A stretch of 64,000 nucleotides of DNA. Source: Tubulanus polymorphus. Lineage: Eukaryota; Animalia; Nemertea. The stretch covers positions 11,296,962 to 11,360,961 of the forward strand of contig NC_134034.1 of NCBI RefSeq assembly GCF_964204645.1, given 5' to 3'. Below are positions 47,981-60,100 of the stretch, one piece after another. The notes under the pieces are model-generated. The model made no database searches. It saw nothing but the letters and a program-made list of their open reading frames with translations, and was not told where the DNA came from. Both the position numbers and the translations under genes were made by a program. Numbering within the stretch: the stretch's first letter is position 1; the number at the start of each line of letters is the position of its first letter.

Positions 47981-50900
47981 ATGGGCAAATCAAAAGACAA
48001 GAAGAAAGCAAAACGAAATAGAATCAAAGGTAAATCATGAAGAATTGTGTTTCAATTTACTGAAGGTTTATTTAGTTCCGTTTTGAAAGCATTTTTGGCT
48101 TTCACCTATCGTGTACTGTATCCGACCCCTCCCGTTCCTGACCCCTCTGGCCTCTGTCTTTCCGTTAATATCTACTAAACTGGCATGGTCTGTGGTGTTG
48201 TCATTATCTCGTGAAATTTGCACCTCATAGAGAAACAGAAAATAGAGGCTTCGTGTTTAGACGCGTCGACTCCGACCGAAGAGACGCCATCTTCAAGTTC
48301 AAGCAGAGATAGATATACCGTAGATCAAATTCTTGAAAAGGTTAGTGAGTCGGGGTCTATTTAATCGGGGTAGCTTGATTAGGAAATCGTCTTGTCGAGT
48401 GTCTAGCCGTCATTCCTTATGATAGACATCTGGTTTTCAGACTCTGTGTAGCCTGATGCAGCTGTGGTGTCAGGTTCCGATTAACTCATTTTCTCTCTAT
48501 TTCAGGTTCAGGAATACATGGACACGTTTAATTATGAATTAGCTCAGAAGTTTTGTCAACGAGCTTTAGAAATCGACGCCGACAATTTAAAAGTTCTCGA
48601 AACTTCGGGAATTCTGTTATTAGAACTCGGCAATCCAGAGGGCGCCAAACAAGTATCCTTTATAATACTAGTTTATCCCCACTTGCCACAGTCATTATGA
48701 CTGTACACTAGTGACACCTGGTGGATCCTCACTTGCTACGAAAGAAATCCATTATTCCCACAGTAGTTGATGTTTTACTGGATCCTCGCTTGCCGCAGCA
48801 GCAATCCTCTTTGTTTACATTACATTAGTTTATGTCCTACTGCACACTAGCGACACCTGGTAGGTCCTCACATGCTACATGTGACACCCTCTTGCGGCAG
48901 TAGTTGATATCCTATTGAATACTAGTGACACCTGTTGAACTCTCGTGTGATCCTCGATTATATTGATAGAGGGAATCGGTAAAATTTTAAGGATTATTAT
49001 TCCTTAAATTGATTGTCAGTGTTTTGGTCGAGCTGTCGAGCTATCACCTCACGATGGTTACCGCAAGTATATGTATTTAGGTCAGTTGTTTGACGGCGTT
49101 CAAGCCGTTCAGTGCTTCCAGAAAGGCATCGAACTAATGACGAAAACTCAAGCGGAACAGGTAAAATCATCCACATCACAACCCAATGTTTAAATTCCGT
49201 ATCAATCAAGGTTTAGAATAATGATGGAACAAACTCTGTTATAAGGAACCTAGAATTTTGTCCCAAATACGAAAAGTTTGATAATTTCATACCAGATATA
49301 ATGAACTATCAGTTTTAACAAACTGGGGCGGCAGTTGCTCAAAAGTCGGTTTGAGTTAACCAGTGGATAGTTGACATAGTGACAATTAAAAGTTCATTGT
49401 TAACATGGTATCCACTGGTTTTATTTTACCAACTTTGAGCCACTGGGTACAGATTTTCGGGTTGCCTAAAGTTCCACAAGGATCCGCTGTAGTTTATTTC
49501 CGATAATTTGACCCTAGACACAAATTTTTGTTTTATTGTTTTTCAGGTAGCTGCAGCATGTGCTAGTCCAGTAGAGGGCAGCACTGTAACTAATCGAGAT
49601 ATATCCAGCGCTCATTGTACGATAGCTGAACTCTATATGACCGATCTGTGGTTAGTTTCACTTCTCATTTGGGATCATTCATTTATTACGTACGCATTAG
49701 GGGAGGGGGAGGGGTAAGTGCAATTGTGTACTCCAATGCTTAATGTATATGATAAAATGGCCGGTTTTTGCATACAGGGGGGGGGGTCTGGAAAAGTCAA
49801 ATTTTATGCGTACGTAATAAATGAATAATCCCACTGTAGATGGCGCCAATATTTCGCTCATTTTTTTTCTTTCGTTTCAAGCTTCGAAGAAAATGCGGAA
49901 GATGTTTGCAAAATGAATATCGCTCGAGCGATCGAGAAGGATGCCGAAAATCCGGAGGCGTTTCAAGCGATGGCGAGCTTTCAACTAGTCAAACAAAACC
50001 AAGAGGTAAATTCTCGTAGACGTTCCGTGCCAATGGGATGCTGCACCTGTTCGCCATCTATTGGAATTCGAATACAACACAGCCACGTCGGCACAAGTCC
50101 CAGTCTGAGACATGGAAAGGGTTTTTATGTCCAGGGACCAGTTGCACAGTCGTGACTTAAGTCCAAAAGTGGTCTTAAATCTTAAGACTGGTCTCAGGTT
50201 GTTAGATTGGCTATAGAACTAAGTTGGTCTTAGACTGGTCTTAAGTCTAAGCCATGACTGTGTAACCGGCCCCAGGATTCAGTCATGACTTAAAGTCCAA
50301 TTTATCCAATAACTACACTATATTCAATATTTTATGAGGACTGCTTTAGTAAATTTTTTTTTTAACACCCTCAATCGCTAAGTGCGAGGCAGGGCATTAT
50401 AAGCAGGTTCGATGTTTCTTTTTCCCAGTCGGGGAGAGACCAGAGAAGAACCTTCGACCAAGAAACTCTGTCGCCACAAGGGTTTGGACCCATAAACCCT
50501 GGATTGACGAGACCAGTGACCGGCGGCTTAAACCACTCGGCCTCTCAACTGCTTTTGTAATACTTCTAAATGTTATATATTTCAGGAAGCGAAAGCTATG
50601 ATTCAGAAAAGTGTTTCGTTGTGGCTACCGAAATTAGAAAATTTAGATAAAGAAGGAAATACAGAAGAATTCGATCCTATCGAGGTCGGTTGTACTGAAT
50701 ATCGGAACGTTCTCAAAATACCAATGTATCGTCTAGATTTTCAATTTATTTAATTTGTAAATATTTTCGCAGCCGTGTTCGGTGTCGTATCAGCAGAGAA
50801 CGCAAGCAGCTCAGATTCTGATCGAAGTCGAAGATTATGAGGTATGAAATGCTGATCTAGAATCTAGGACCAAGGGGCTGGGTGCGCAGTCAAAAGCTTT

Positions 50901-52142
50901 AGATTTTGTACCTAAGTCTAGGAACAACTAAGTTCTATAGCCGATCTAACAACTTAAGACTAGTCTAAAGATTTAAGAATGCTTTTGAATTCAAGTCACA
51001 ACTGCGCAACCGAACCTAGTTCAACAGTTAAAATGGGTTAATTTTCAATAAGTTAGCTCATCGAAAATTAACTTATTTTAACTCGGGGTCAACTGTAACC
51101 CACAACTGTGGAGCTGGATCCCTGATTTTTCCACGAAATGGAGGTTTAAAGTTTGATAATGTTTTGTTTGTTTCCTGCCACAGACGTGTATAAAAGTATT
51201 AGACAGTTTACTAGAAGAAGATGATGAAATTGTTCAGGTAAAGTTCACCGATGTTACATGTTGTTACATGCGCATGTTTATTTAGTTCACATGAACCGGT
51301 ATGGTAAACATGTACATGTTGTTTATTTGCAGACGTGGTATTTATTGGGTTGGGCGAATTATTTACAAGGAGACGATTATAAAGGAAATGCTCGATTTTA
51401 TCTGAACAAAGCAGATGAGGTGAGTTGGATTGAGTATGAACGCGGGGCCCCAAGGGATTATTCATTTATCACAAATGCATAAAATCCGTAATTTACAACC
51501 CCCTCCTTGTAGCATGCTAAATCAGTAATTTTTTATCTATACTTAAAGAATCGTATAGTATGTAATTGCACTAACCCCCCTCTCCATCCACTGTATGTAA
51601 TAAATGACCCCATGCATTAAGTTATCAATAGATAGGGTATGGTAGGATCCATAGTCATCATGGCTCAGATTTAATGCATGTCTAAGCTCATCTTGGTTCC
51701 ATATTTAATCTTACAACTAACCGGTAACCCCAGACTCGGCTCATTTGGGTTCTCAACTCTAGATCAGTTTTAAGACTTATGGCCAATTCAAGTCTTGACA
51801 ATTGAACTGACCCCTGAAGATTTGTAGATCCTTTCAGTAGTGCGTATTTGATGATGTCATAGGGGGATTTGTGGACGGAGCTTTCTGCTTTGATAGAATG
51901 TCTACTAAGTACAAGACGTGTAGAAAGAACTAATGAATGCTTTCATGTGTTTGGTACAGGTGGCTAAAAAAGTGAAATGTGACGATGAACCGATGTTGAA
52001 CCACATCTCAGAGTTACTAACTGAACTCGGTCCAGCGGAAGAGGATGAGGATGCTGAAGAGGAGACCGCCGTTGGCCAGGGTAACGGTGATAACGAAGAT
52101 GAAGATGTTAGTAGTAGTTCGGACGAAGAGATGGATGAATAA
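47981..52142 (+). CDS. TPR-repeat protein, probable assembly chaperone of Rpl4 (Acl4-like); 11 exons, about 388 aa
   Basis: Exons 47981-48029, 48231-48340, 48506-48652, 49020-49160, 49547-49650, 49882-50005, 50586-50684, 50773-50841, 51184-51237, 51333-51419, 51960-52142; total 1167 nt, open frame. Basic N-terminus MGKSKDKKKAKR, TPR-like helices, motifs KYMYLGQL, AELYMTDLCFEENAE..C, NPEAFQAMAS, WYLLGW, and an acidic C-terminal tail, as I recall for the Acl4 family. Confidence 0.85.
48653..49019 (+). other. U12-type (minor spliceosome) GT-AG intron, intron 3 of the Acl4-like gene
   Basis: 5' site GTATCCTTT at 48653. Branch-site-like TTCCTTAAA at 49000-49008, about 11 nt before the AG at 49018-49019. 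No polypyrimidine tract. The flanking exons join in frame. Confidence 0.88.
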
Positions 52143-52445
52143 ATTGTTATTTGAATTGATTATTGGTGTTTATATATTTTAAAAGAATGAGAAAATGTAC
52201 AGATATTAAATGTCTCAGAAATATCAATCAACAGCCTCAGTTTTACACAAGTGATATCATTTTTATCGTTCAAAGATGGGAAATCACAATTTTAATGTAT
52301 GGCACGCTCTTAATGAGATGACTATCCCAATGTATCGCTATGAAATACTAGGAATAGCAGTCATTGAGAGCCAAGACCCTTGTATCTAACTCTTGGTCAA
52401 ACATCTTCATATTTATCTGAAAATGCCTTGTCCTGGATCAAACAC

Positions 52446-53053
52446 CCTCATATCTGTATGGAATAGACCTGTGTTGTGGGTCAGATGTCCTCATATCTGT
52501 ATGGAATAGGCCTGTGCTGGGTCAGATGTCCTCATATCTGTATGGAATAGACCTGTGCTGGGTCAGATGTCCTCATATCTGTATGAAATAGGCCTGTGTT
52601 GGGTCAGATGTCCTTATATCTGTATGGAATAGGCCTGTGCTGGGTCAGATGTCCTCATATCTGTATGGAATAGGCCTGTGCTGGGTCAGATGTCCTCATC
52701 TCTGTATGGAATAGGCCTGTCTTGGGTCAGATATCCTCCGATCTGTATGGAATAGGCCTGTGCTGGGTCAGATGTCCTCATATCTGTATGGAATAGACCT
52801 GTGCTGGGTCAGATGTCCTCATATCTGTATGAAATAGGCCTGTGTTGGGTCAGATGTCCTTATATCTGTATGGAATAGGCCTGTGCTGGGTCAGATGTCC
52901 TCATATCTGTATGGAATAGGCCTGTCTTGGGTCAGATATCCTCAGATCTGTATGGAATAGGCCTGTGCTGGGTCAGATGTCCTCATATCTGTATGGAATA
53001 GACCTGTGCTGGGTCAGATGTCCTCAGATCTGTATGGATTAGACGTATCTTGG
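52446..53053. repeat. 41-bp minisatellite, about 14.5 copies
   Basis: Unit CCTCATATCTGTATGGAATAGGCCTGTGCTGGGTCAGATGT. Confidence 0.95.
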
Positions 53054-53337
53054 GTAAAAAATGATTAAAACTCGCATCTTAGTGAAATATAGCAATATTT
53101 ATTGAGAAATTGCTCGAAACTTACAGTAAAATATCACACAGAAAAATAATCAAAACTTATAACTCGCATACATACGTACATTACGACATTCTTCTCAGCT
53201 GACAACGATTCAATATAAATCATTGCGTTTAAAAATCATCATAGAAATCGATTTAAAATCTAAACACATCTTAAAAACGGGTCAAATTTCACGAATGAAT
53301 CAACGGTTCAGCTATAGTTTAAACACATTCGCTGCTG

Positions 53338-53962
53338 ACTACGAGATATCTTGTAGTTCTGGTTCTACCACTACGGCCACTTTCCAGTTCTACCACTAGA
53401 GCCACTACGAGATATCTCTTAGTTCCAGTTCCAGTTCTACCACTAGAGCCACTACGAGATATCTCTTAGTTCCAGTTCCAGTTCTACCACTAGAGCCACT
53501 ACGAGATATCTCTTAGTTCCAGTTCCAGTTCTACCACTACAGCCACTTTCCAGTTCTACCACTACAGCCACTACGAGATATCTCTTAGTTCCAGTTCCAG
53601 TTCTACCACTACAGCCACTACGAGATATCTCTTAGTTTCAGTTCCAGTTCTACCACTAGAGCCACTACGAGATATCTCTTAGTTCCAGTTCTACCACTAG
53701 GGCCACTTTCCAGTTCTACCACTACAGCCACTACGAGATATCTCTTAGTTCCAGTTCCAGTTCTACCACTACAGCCACTACGAGATATCTCTTAGTTCCA
53801 GTTCCAGTTCTACCACTAGAGCCACTACGAGATATCTCTTAGTTCCAGTTCCAGTTCTACCACTAGAGCCACTACAAGATATCTCTTAGTTCCAGTTCCA
53901 GTTCTACCACTAGGGCCACTACGAGATATCTCTTAGTTCCAGTTCTACCACTAGGGCCACTA
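53338..53962. repeat. 47-bp minisatellite with shorter variant units
   Basis: Unit CCACTACGAGATATCTCTTAGTTCCAGTTCCAGTTCTACCACTAGAG. Confidence 0.95.
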
Positions 53963-54100
53963 TTGAATAGCTCTAATTGCATAGTTCTAAATAGTGGCAA
54001 CAAGGGGCAGCACCGTTCTACCACGGTGGCAGCGAACGCGTTCTAAAGAGTCTGAGTTGATGTACTAAATCAACTGTCGAAACTGAGTTGATGTACTAAA

Positions 54101-57100
54101 TTAACTGCTGAAACTGAGTTGATGTACTGAATTAACACGCAGTTTCAGAATGTCCGTATCGCGCAGTTTCCTCGAAAGCGTCATCGCGTTCCACATCTCT
54201 CCGTTGTCGTCGATCGGTAAACTGGCCGCGTACGTCAACGCATTCACATCCTCGCCTGCCAGGGCACCTGAAAGCATTGCACGTTAACGATTAACAAAAG
54301 GCTTAATTCTCGCCCCAAAATGCTGGAGATCATATATACACCCGCAGCAGACACGCGATCGCACTTCGTTGGAGGGGATTACGATATTTTAACCCTTTCA
54401 GTGCGTCTTCACCGCAGTGGGGTGTATAAATCAGTGATGGATTTTGCTAGTACACCGCAGTGCGGTGTATTGATGTAATTAGTAATTATCTCTCTTGAAA
54501 AATGGCAGCATCTGTCAAACAGTGAAATATCAGTAACTAACGATACACCGCGCCGCGGTGTAGACGCACTATAGTGGTATTCCCGTTATTCAACACACTA
54601 CAGTGAAATTTATCAAAATTATCTTCAGCACTATAGGGTATTATTAAGTCAGCACTGACAGGGTTAATATTCGAATAAAAACTCGTTAAAAATAAACTGA
54701 ATTTCATTTCAGGTTTGACTAGAACATCTGTCCCTGTAAAAATCAAACCGGTTTTCCATATCATAAAACTCTTGAAAATCGATTTCGAAGTGAAATCAAT
54801 ATCGCAATCGACACGATATACATAATATACTCACTCGCCACAGCTGGCATCACTTTCGGGTCGGACGCACTTTTATAGACGAGTAGGTCGCCGACGAGTG
54901 GAACGCCGTTCGGGAATTTCGCGCCGTTGACTTCGACTAACAAAGCGTTATCGCCGGCTGCGCAGCCGCTCAATTTACAGCTAGCGGCGCCCCCTTTATT
55001 CACGACGACCGTAACGTAGTTACTGCGCCCGTTTTCTGGTTGACTGTTGTGATGCATTGTCAGCTGAAACGACGATTTTACTACAATTAAACACATGAAA
55101 TATTTTATCAAATGTAATTTCGAGTTTCAGGACCCCCCGCAGTTGGGTCGCATAGTTGTCACTTAGCTCCATACATCGCCTCAAGGTTGGATCAAGCATT
55201 AGGGTTATAAGCGCGAAACGTTGGGGAAGGGGCGTTTCTGACGTGGAGCTCTCTCAGAAAATCCAGGACAAAAACTGGTTTTTGGGCTGTTTTCTTCGCG
55301 AAAGTAGTTTCTCAGAATATTTGGAGGGCACGTAAGAATCTGAAGTAGGTGGACTCGTACAAATCATGATATTATCTTCATTTGTAGAGTAGAGGTTTTT
55401 TGATAGTAACCACAGACGACTTTAACGTTGAACATGTCAGTGTTGTTTGATCAGCAGCAGACACCGCCGGCTGTGTGCGTGGCACATCTGTGATCAATGA
55501 ACCACTTACATGTTTCCGTTAGACCAGCTAAGTCAACAGTGACATAAGAACGTAATAGATTCAACTGCCTGATGTGTGTATCACTTATTGCGGTAGTTTT
55601 CACCACAAAATGGCAGTAATTTGACATCGGAAAAAGTATTTTACCGAAATTGGAAATGAGTTAGAAATTTTTCAGATTTTTCGAGTGTTTTGATGATTTT
55701 GGAAGTAGTTTAGCTCTAATAAAGAGTAGTTGTTCTCTGAAATAGTAGTTACACGGTACAATCAATTAATACAGTCAAATACCGTAAGACATAGACAGAA
55801 ACTGTTTGATTTTCCGTCCGTTCTTGCACAATCTCAACAAATTTCCCTGATTTTTAGCTTTTTTTTACGAAATTCCCCAAATTCTTTATTAAGAAAAGAA
55901 AATTCTCCGACGTTTCCCCGATATTCAGGTAATTGGTGCCAGCCTGGTTCTTGGTACAAACTGTATTAACTCAACTGTCGTAACGAATTTCATTCGGTTC
56001 AATCGTTGACAGGTTTAATCGTTGACCGGTTTAGGTGTTGACAGGTTTGATTGCTGACAGGTTTAGTTGTTGACAGGTTTAATCGGTGACAGGTTTAATT
56101 GTAGACAGGTTTAATCGTAGACAGGTTTATACGTAGACAGGCGGACACATATTTCATTAAAAATATCGAAATGACATCAACACGTGTGGCGTGCGAAAAA
56201 TGTTGAAATATGTAACACATGTTTAAACAATTGTCTGATAGAAATACATGTATTGTACTCAGTATTATACATTGTAAGAGCGCCAAAAAATATAATCCTA
56301 TTTATATACTATTGCTATTTCTACTTCTGGTAAGGATCAATGGGTTTGAATCGAAATTTAATTATCTGGAGATAACGTGGCTCGTTGAGTCGAGTCAGCG
56401 TGAGATCAAGTGCTCGATATCAGCAGGAATCATTAGCGGCCTATTCATCGTGGTAATAATCTTATTAATTCCGATCAAAAGTCTGTTAAAGATCGTGTCC
56501 GATAAATACTTGTAGCAAGAATGGGCTTTGAATTGTTGCTATGTCAACAGTTGCCACTTTACTTAAACTGGTTAACTCTAGGACTCTTAAAAATTCAGCC
56601 GTAATTAACTTCTGAGCGACCGACCGACCGACCGTCGATCAGGCCAAACTTGAACTCGATTTGACAATCAATTCCATGCAGTCTATTAAAGCTCATTTTG
56701 TACATAGATAAATTCAAGCGGTTTTATTTTTAGCTTGATCCGAGCTAACTTTTATTCTAGAACAAAGTCAAGTTTGGCCTGGTCTATTAAGGTCTAACCG
56801 AGAAGAGTTGTAAGAGATTAGAACCAGTTTGACAATTAAGTTTAGCACGTCTAAGCTCTAACTAGTGACTATTGTTAAGAAGGGTTGCAATAAGTCAAGA
56901 AATTAAAGCCTATTTATTGTCTTGTATCTCGGCGACGGGACCCGAGGCTCTAAACAGCGATTCTGAGAAATATCTCGATTATTCTTATTATTTCATTATC
57001 AGTTCGAAAGCTTGTTTGCCTCAACGCTATCAATCAATAAACATTCATTTGAAGTGCGTCCGCCCTTCAAAACAGGTACAAAGATCACCCGGTGTCGAAA

Positions 57101-60100
57101 CCATGTCAATTGATTACTGTTACGCGCAAAACTTTCCGCGCAAAGTCGACTCGAAATTCTGATCGATCGATTTTATGTCGTCGATACCCGGTAAAAACTA
57201 CCACGAGTCACGGTACAAAGGGGCAAACCATGGCGTCAAGTCTGAAGAATTTCAAGAAACTGTTCTTATCGATTCGTATTAGTGACCCCGACCAGACTCG
57301 ACTACCACTTAGGAATGTAGAACTACTTTATCGTGTTACGACTGATTTCGACACCGACAACTTGACCTTGAATCTAGGGGTGTTTTTTTTCGTGGCGAAA
57401 AGATATCGCAATAAATATCCGGACGTACAATGAAAGTTTGTTGCAAGTTGAAAGTTTTACGCTGCCATTAATGCTCAGTTAACGCGAAAACAGTTTTCAG
57501 GAGAATAGATTTGCTTAATCTAACTCAAATTCAATAACTTCTTAATATCGCTGCCAAATTCGTTTTAATGCCATGTTTTTCACTGGTCCCGACCAAGTTT
57601 TTCGAGGTTTCAAATTCGTTTTACCTTAACTCCTAACTCTTTAGCGAACACGGGGGCATTGATGAGATTCATTTCACAGCCGCTAGTTTTCAGTAACCCG
57701 GCACAAACTGCTGCTCCTAAATACGAGTTGGCTTTCACTAATTCGGGACCTACGAATAAGAAATTAGAAAAACGCTTAGAATATCGGACAGTCCTTTCTG
57801 TAATTCAACGTTGTTGTAAATAGATTCAGAGACCATTTCCAGTCCTGGGCCCAGTTCCACAGTTCTGAGTTAAGATTTGACTCTGGGTTAACTCATTGAA
57901 AATGAACTAAATTTAACTCGGGGTTAACCCTAACTCACGACCGCGGAACTGGGTCCATTTCGATCCATTTCGTACGGCGTTCTAGTCACCCTTTTTAAAT
58001 CGGCAGATTTTGCGTAAGTACTTAAAATGGATGGTCCCTGTTTTCTTACGTTTCGGGAGGAACCCGTTTTCAGAGCTCATTTAACAAAGGGTTTCTCCAA
58101 TACAGCTCTGTCGCGGGACTCGATATTAGGAAAATCTTACCGAATGATTTAATCGTCACCTCCGTCGTATTGTCGGCCGCTCCGACCATAGCCGTAGCTA
58201 GAACACCCAAACCGTTGCCTACGGCTACCCACGGTTTACTGGCAGGACTGAGCGCGTTCGACATCGCCGGCGCGTTGATCTTCATAGACAAATAGAAAAA
58301 CAATTTCTTAATTCAACAAGAAGTTTTTTAGAGCTTCATGGAGAAGGGTAGGGTTCGAGGTGAGGTGGGGTGAGTTGAGGTGTGGTGAGGGGTGGGTTGA
58401 GGCGTGGTGAGGGGTGAGTTGAGTTGAGTGAGTTGAGGTGGTGAGTTGAGGTGTGGTGAGGGGTGAATTGAGGTGGGGTGAATTGAGGTAGGGTGAGTTG
58501 AGGTGGGGGTGAGTTGAGATGGGGTGAATTGAGGTACAGTGAGGGGGGGTTGTAGTGGGGAGAGAGCTTGTGGTGGGGGTACATTGAGGTGGGGTGAGGG
58601 GGTTATATTGCTCACCGCTCCGAATAAACTCTTCCCGTTGACCGTGTCAACGAATTGTTGCGCGATCTCCTCGGCAACGCGACTCTGGGCCTCCGCCGTA
58701 CTCGCCCCCAGGTGCGGCGTACTCACGACCAGCGGGTGCTGCACCAGCTTCTGATTGGTCGGTGGTTCCTAAATTCAAATATGCGATCAGTAAAATACAC
58801 CTTTTAAAATCCAACTTTTTTGCACATAAAAATTTCCTAAGATTCGATTCTTTTTTAAACTTACTAAAATTCAGATTTTTTTTTTTCACGAAAAAAACTT
58901 CCTAAAATTCGATTTATTTTTTCAAATTAGATTTTCAAATGAATTTTTTTCCAAAAGGCTCACCTCGATGAAGACGTCCAATGCAGCCCCTCCGCACTGT
59001 CCGGCATCCAGGGCGGGGATGAGAGCATCCTCGTCAATAATTCCACCTCGTGCCACGTTCACAACCCGTAAACCTTTCTTACATTTGGAGAAAACCTCTT
59101 TACCGATTAAATCTGTGCGAAATTGAAACATTTCAAATCAGTTCCCTTCAATCGCTTACAGGGTGGCGCTACTTTTATTAGACTCGCTTTTCTTCCGACT
59201 ATTCCCTGTAATGCACGTTGTTTACCCTGACTGGATCTGCTAAGAATCCGATCAATTAACCCTTTCAGGGCGTCTACACCGCAGTGCGGTGTATAAATCA
59301 GTGATGGATTTTGCCAGTACACCGCACTGCGGTGTATTGATGTAATTAGTAATTTGTAATTATCTCTATTGAAAAATGGCAGAAAGTGTCAAACATAGTG
59401 AAATACTAGTAACTAACGATACACCGCACTGCGGTGTAGACGCACTATAGTGGTATTCCCATTGTTCAACACACTAGGGTGGAATTTTCTAGAATTTTCA
59501 AATTTTCTCCAGCACTATAGGGTATTAATTAGTCAGCACTGAAAGGGTTAACACAGTCAAATACGTAGGACATAGATAGAAACTGTTTTTTTAAGCACGA
59601 TCCAGCAATCTCAACATTTATCGCTGAACTTTCCCCAATTTTAAGCTTTTTTAAAAAATCCCTGACTTTTTTAAGGAAAGAAATCCCCGACTTCCAGTTA
59701 AACGGCCACACTAGTGTCATAACTCATTTCAAAAAGAAATGTTTCAAGTTCACGCGATAGTATTCTTACTGCGGGTTTGCGGTATCAACGGGGTATGGAC
59801 GGTCACGTAGTCGGCCTGGGGCCAGATCTCTTCCAGAGGGAGCCACTGTACGCCGAATTCGGCGCTTACTTCGCCGGGAATGATCGGGTCGAAACCAATC
59901 GTCTGAAACGCAGAACGAAAAACCGTTTCGAAAAAAAACTTACGAAAACCTTTCTGTAAATCGAATGCAAAAAATATTTCTCAAAAATTCCGGAAAAGGG
60001 TCATAACAAAAAATGACTTCGCCAGAATATGCTTTCATTCTTATGAATCATAGAAAATTTGTTAAGATCCTCGGCAGACCTTGCCCCGTCCTCCCTAGCC

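Noticed and set aside
2425-53962. Many minisatellite periods near multiples of a helical turn (10, 20, 20, 20, 41, 52)
   Set aside because: About as many are not (16, 18, 29, 35, 47, 56, 69), and no test is possible here.
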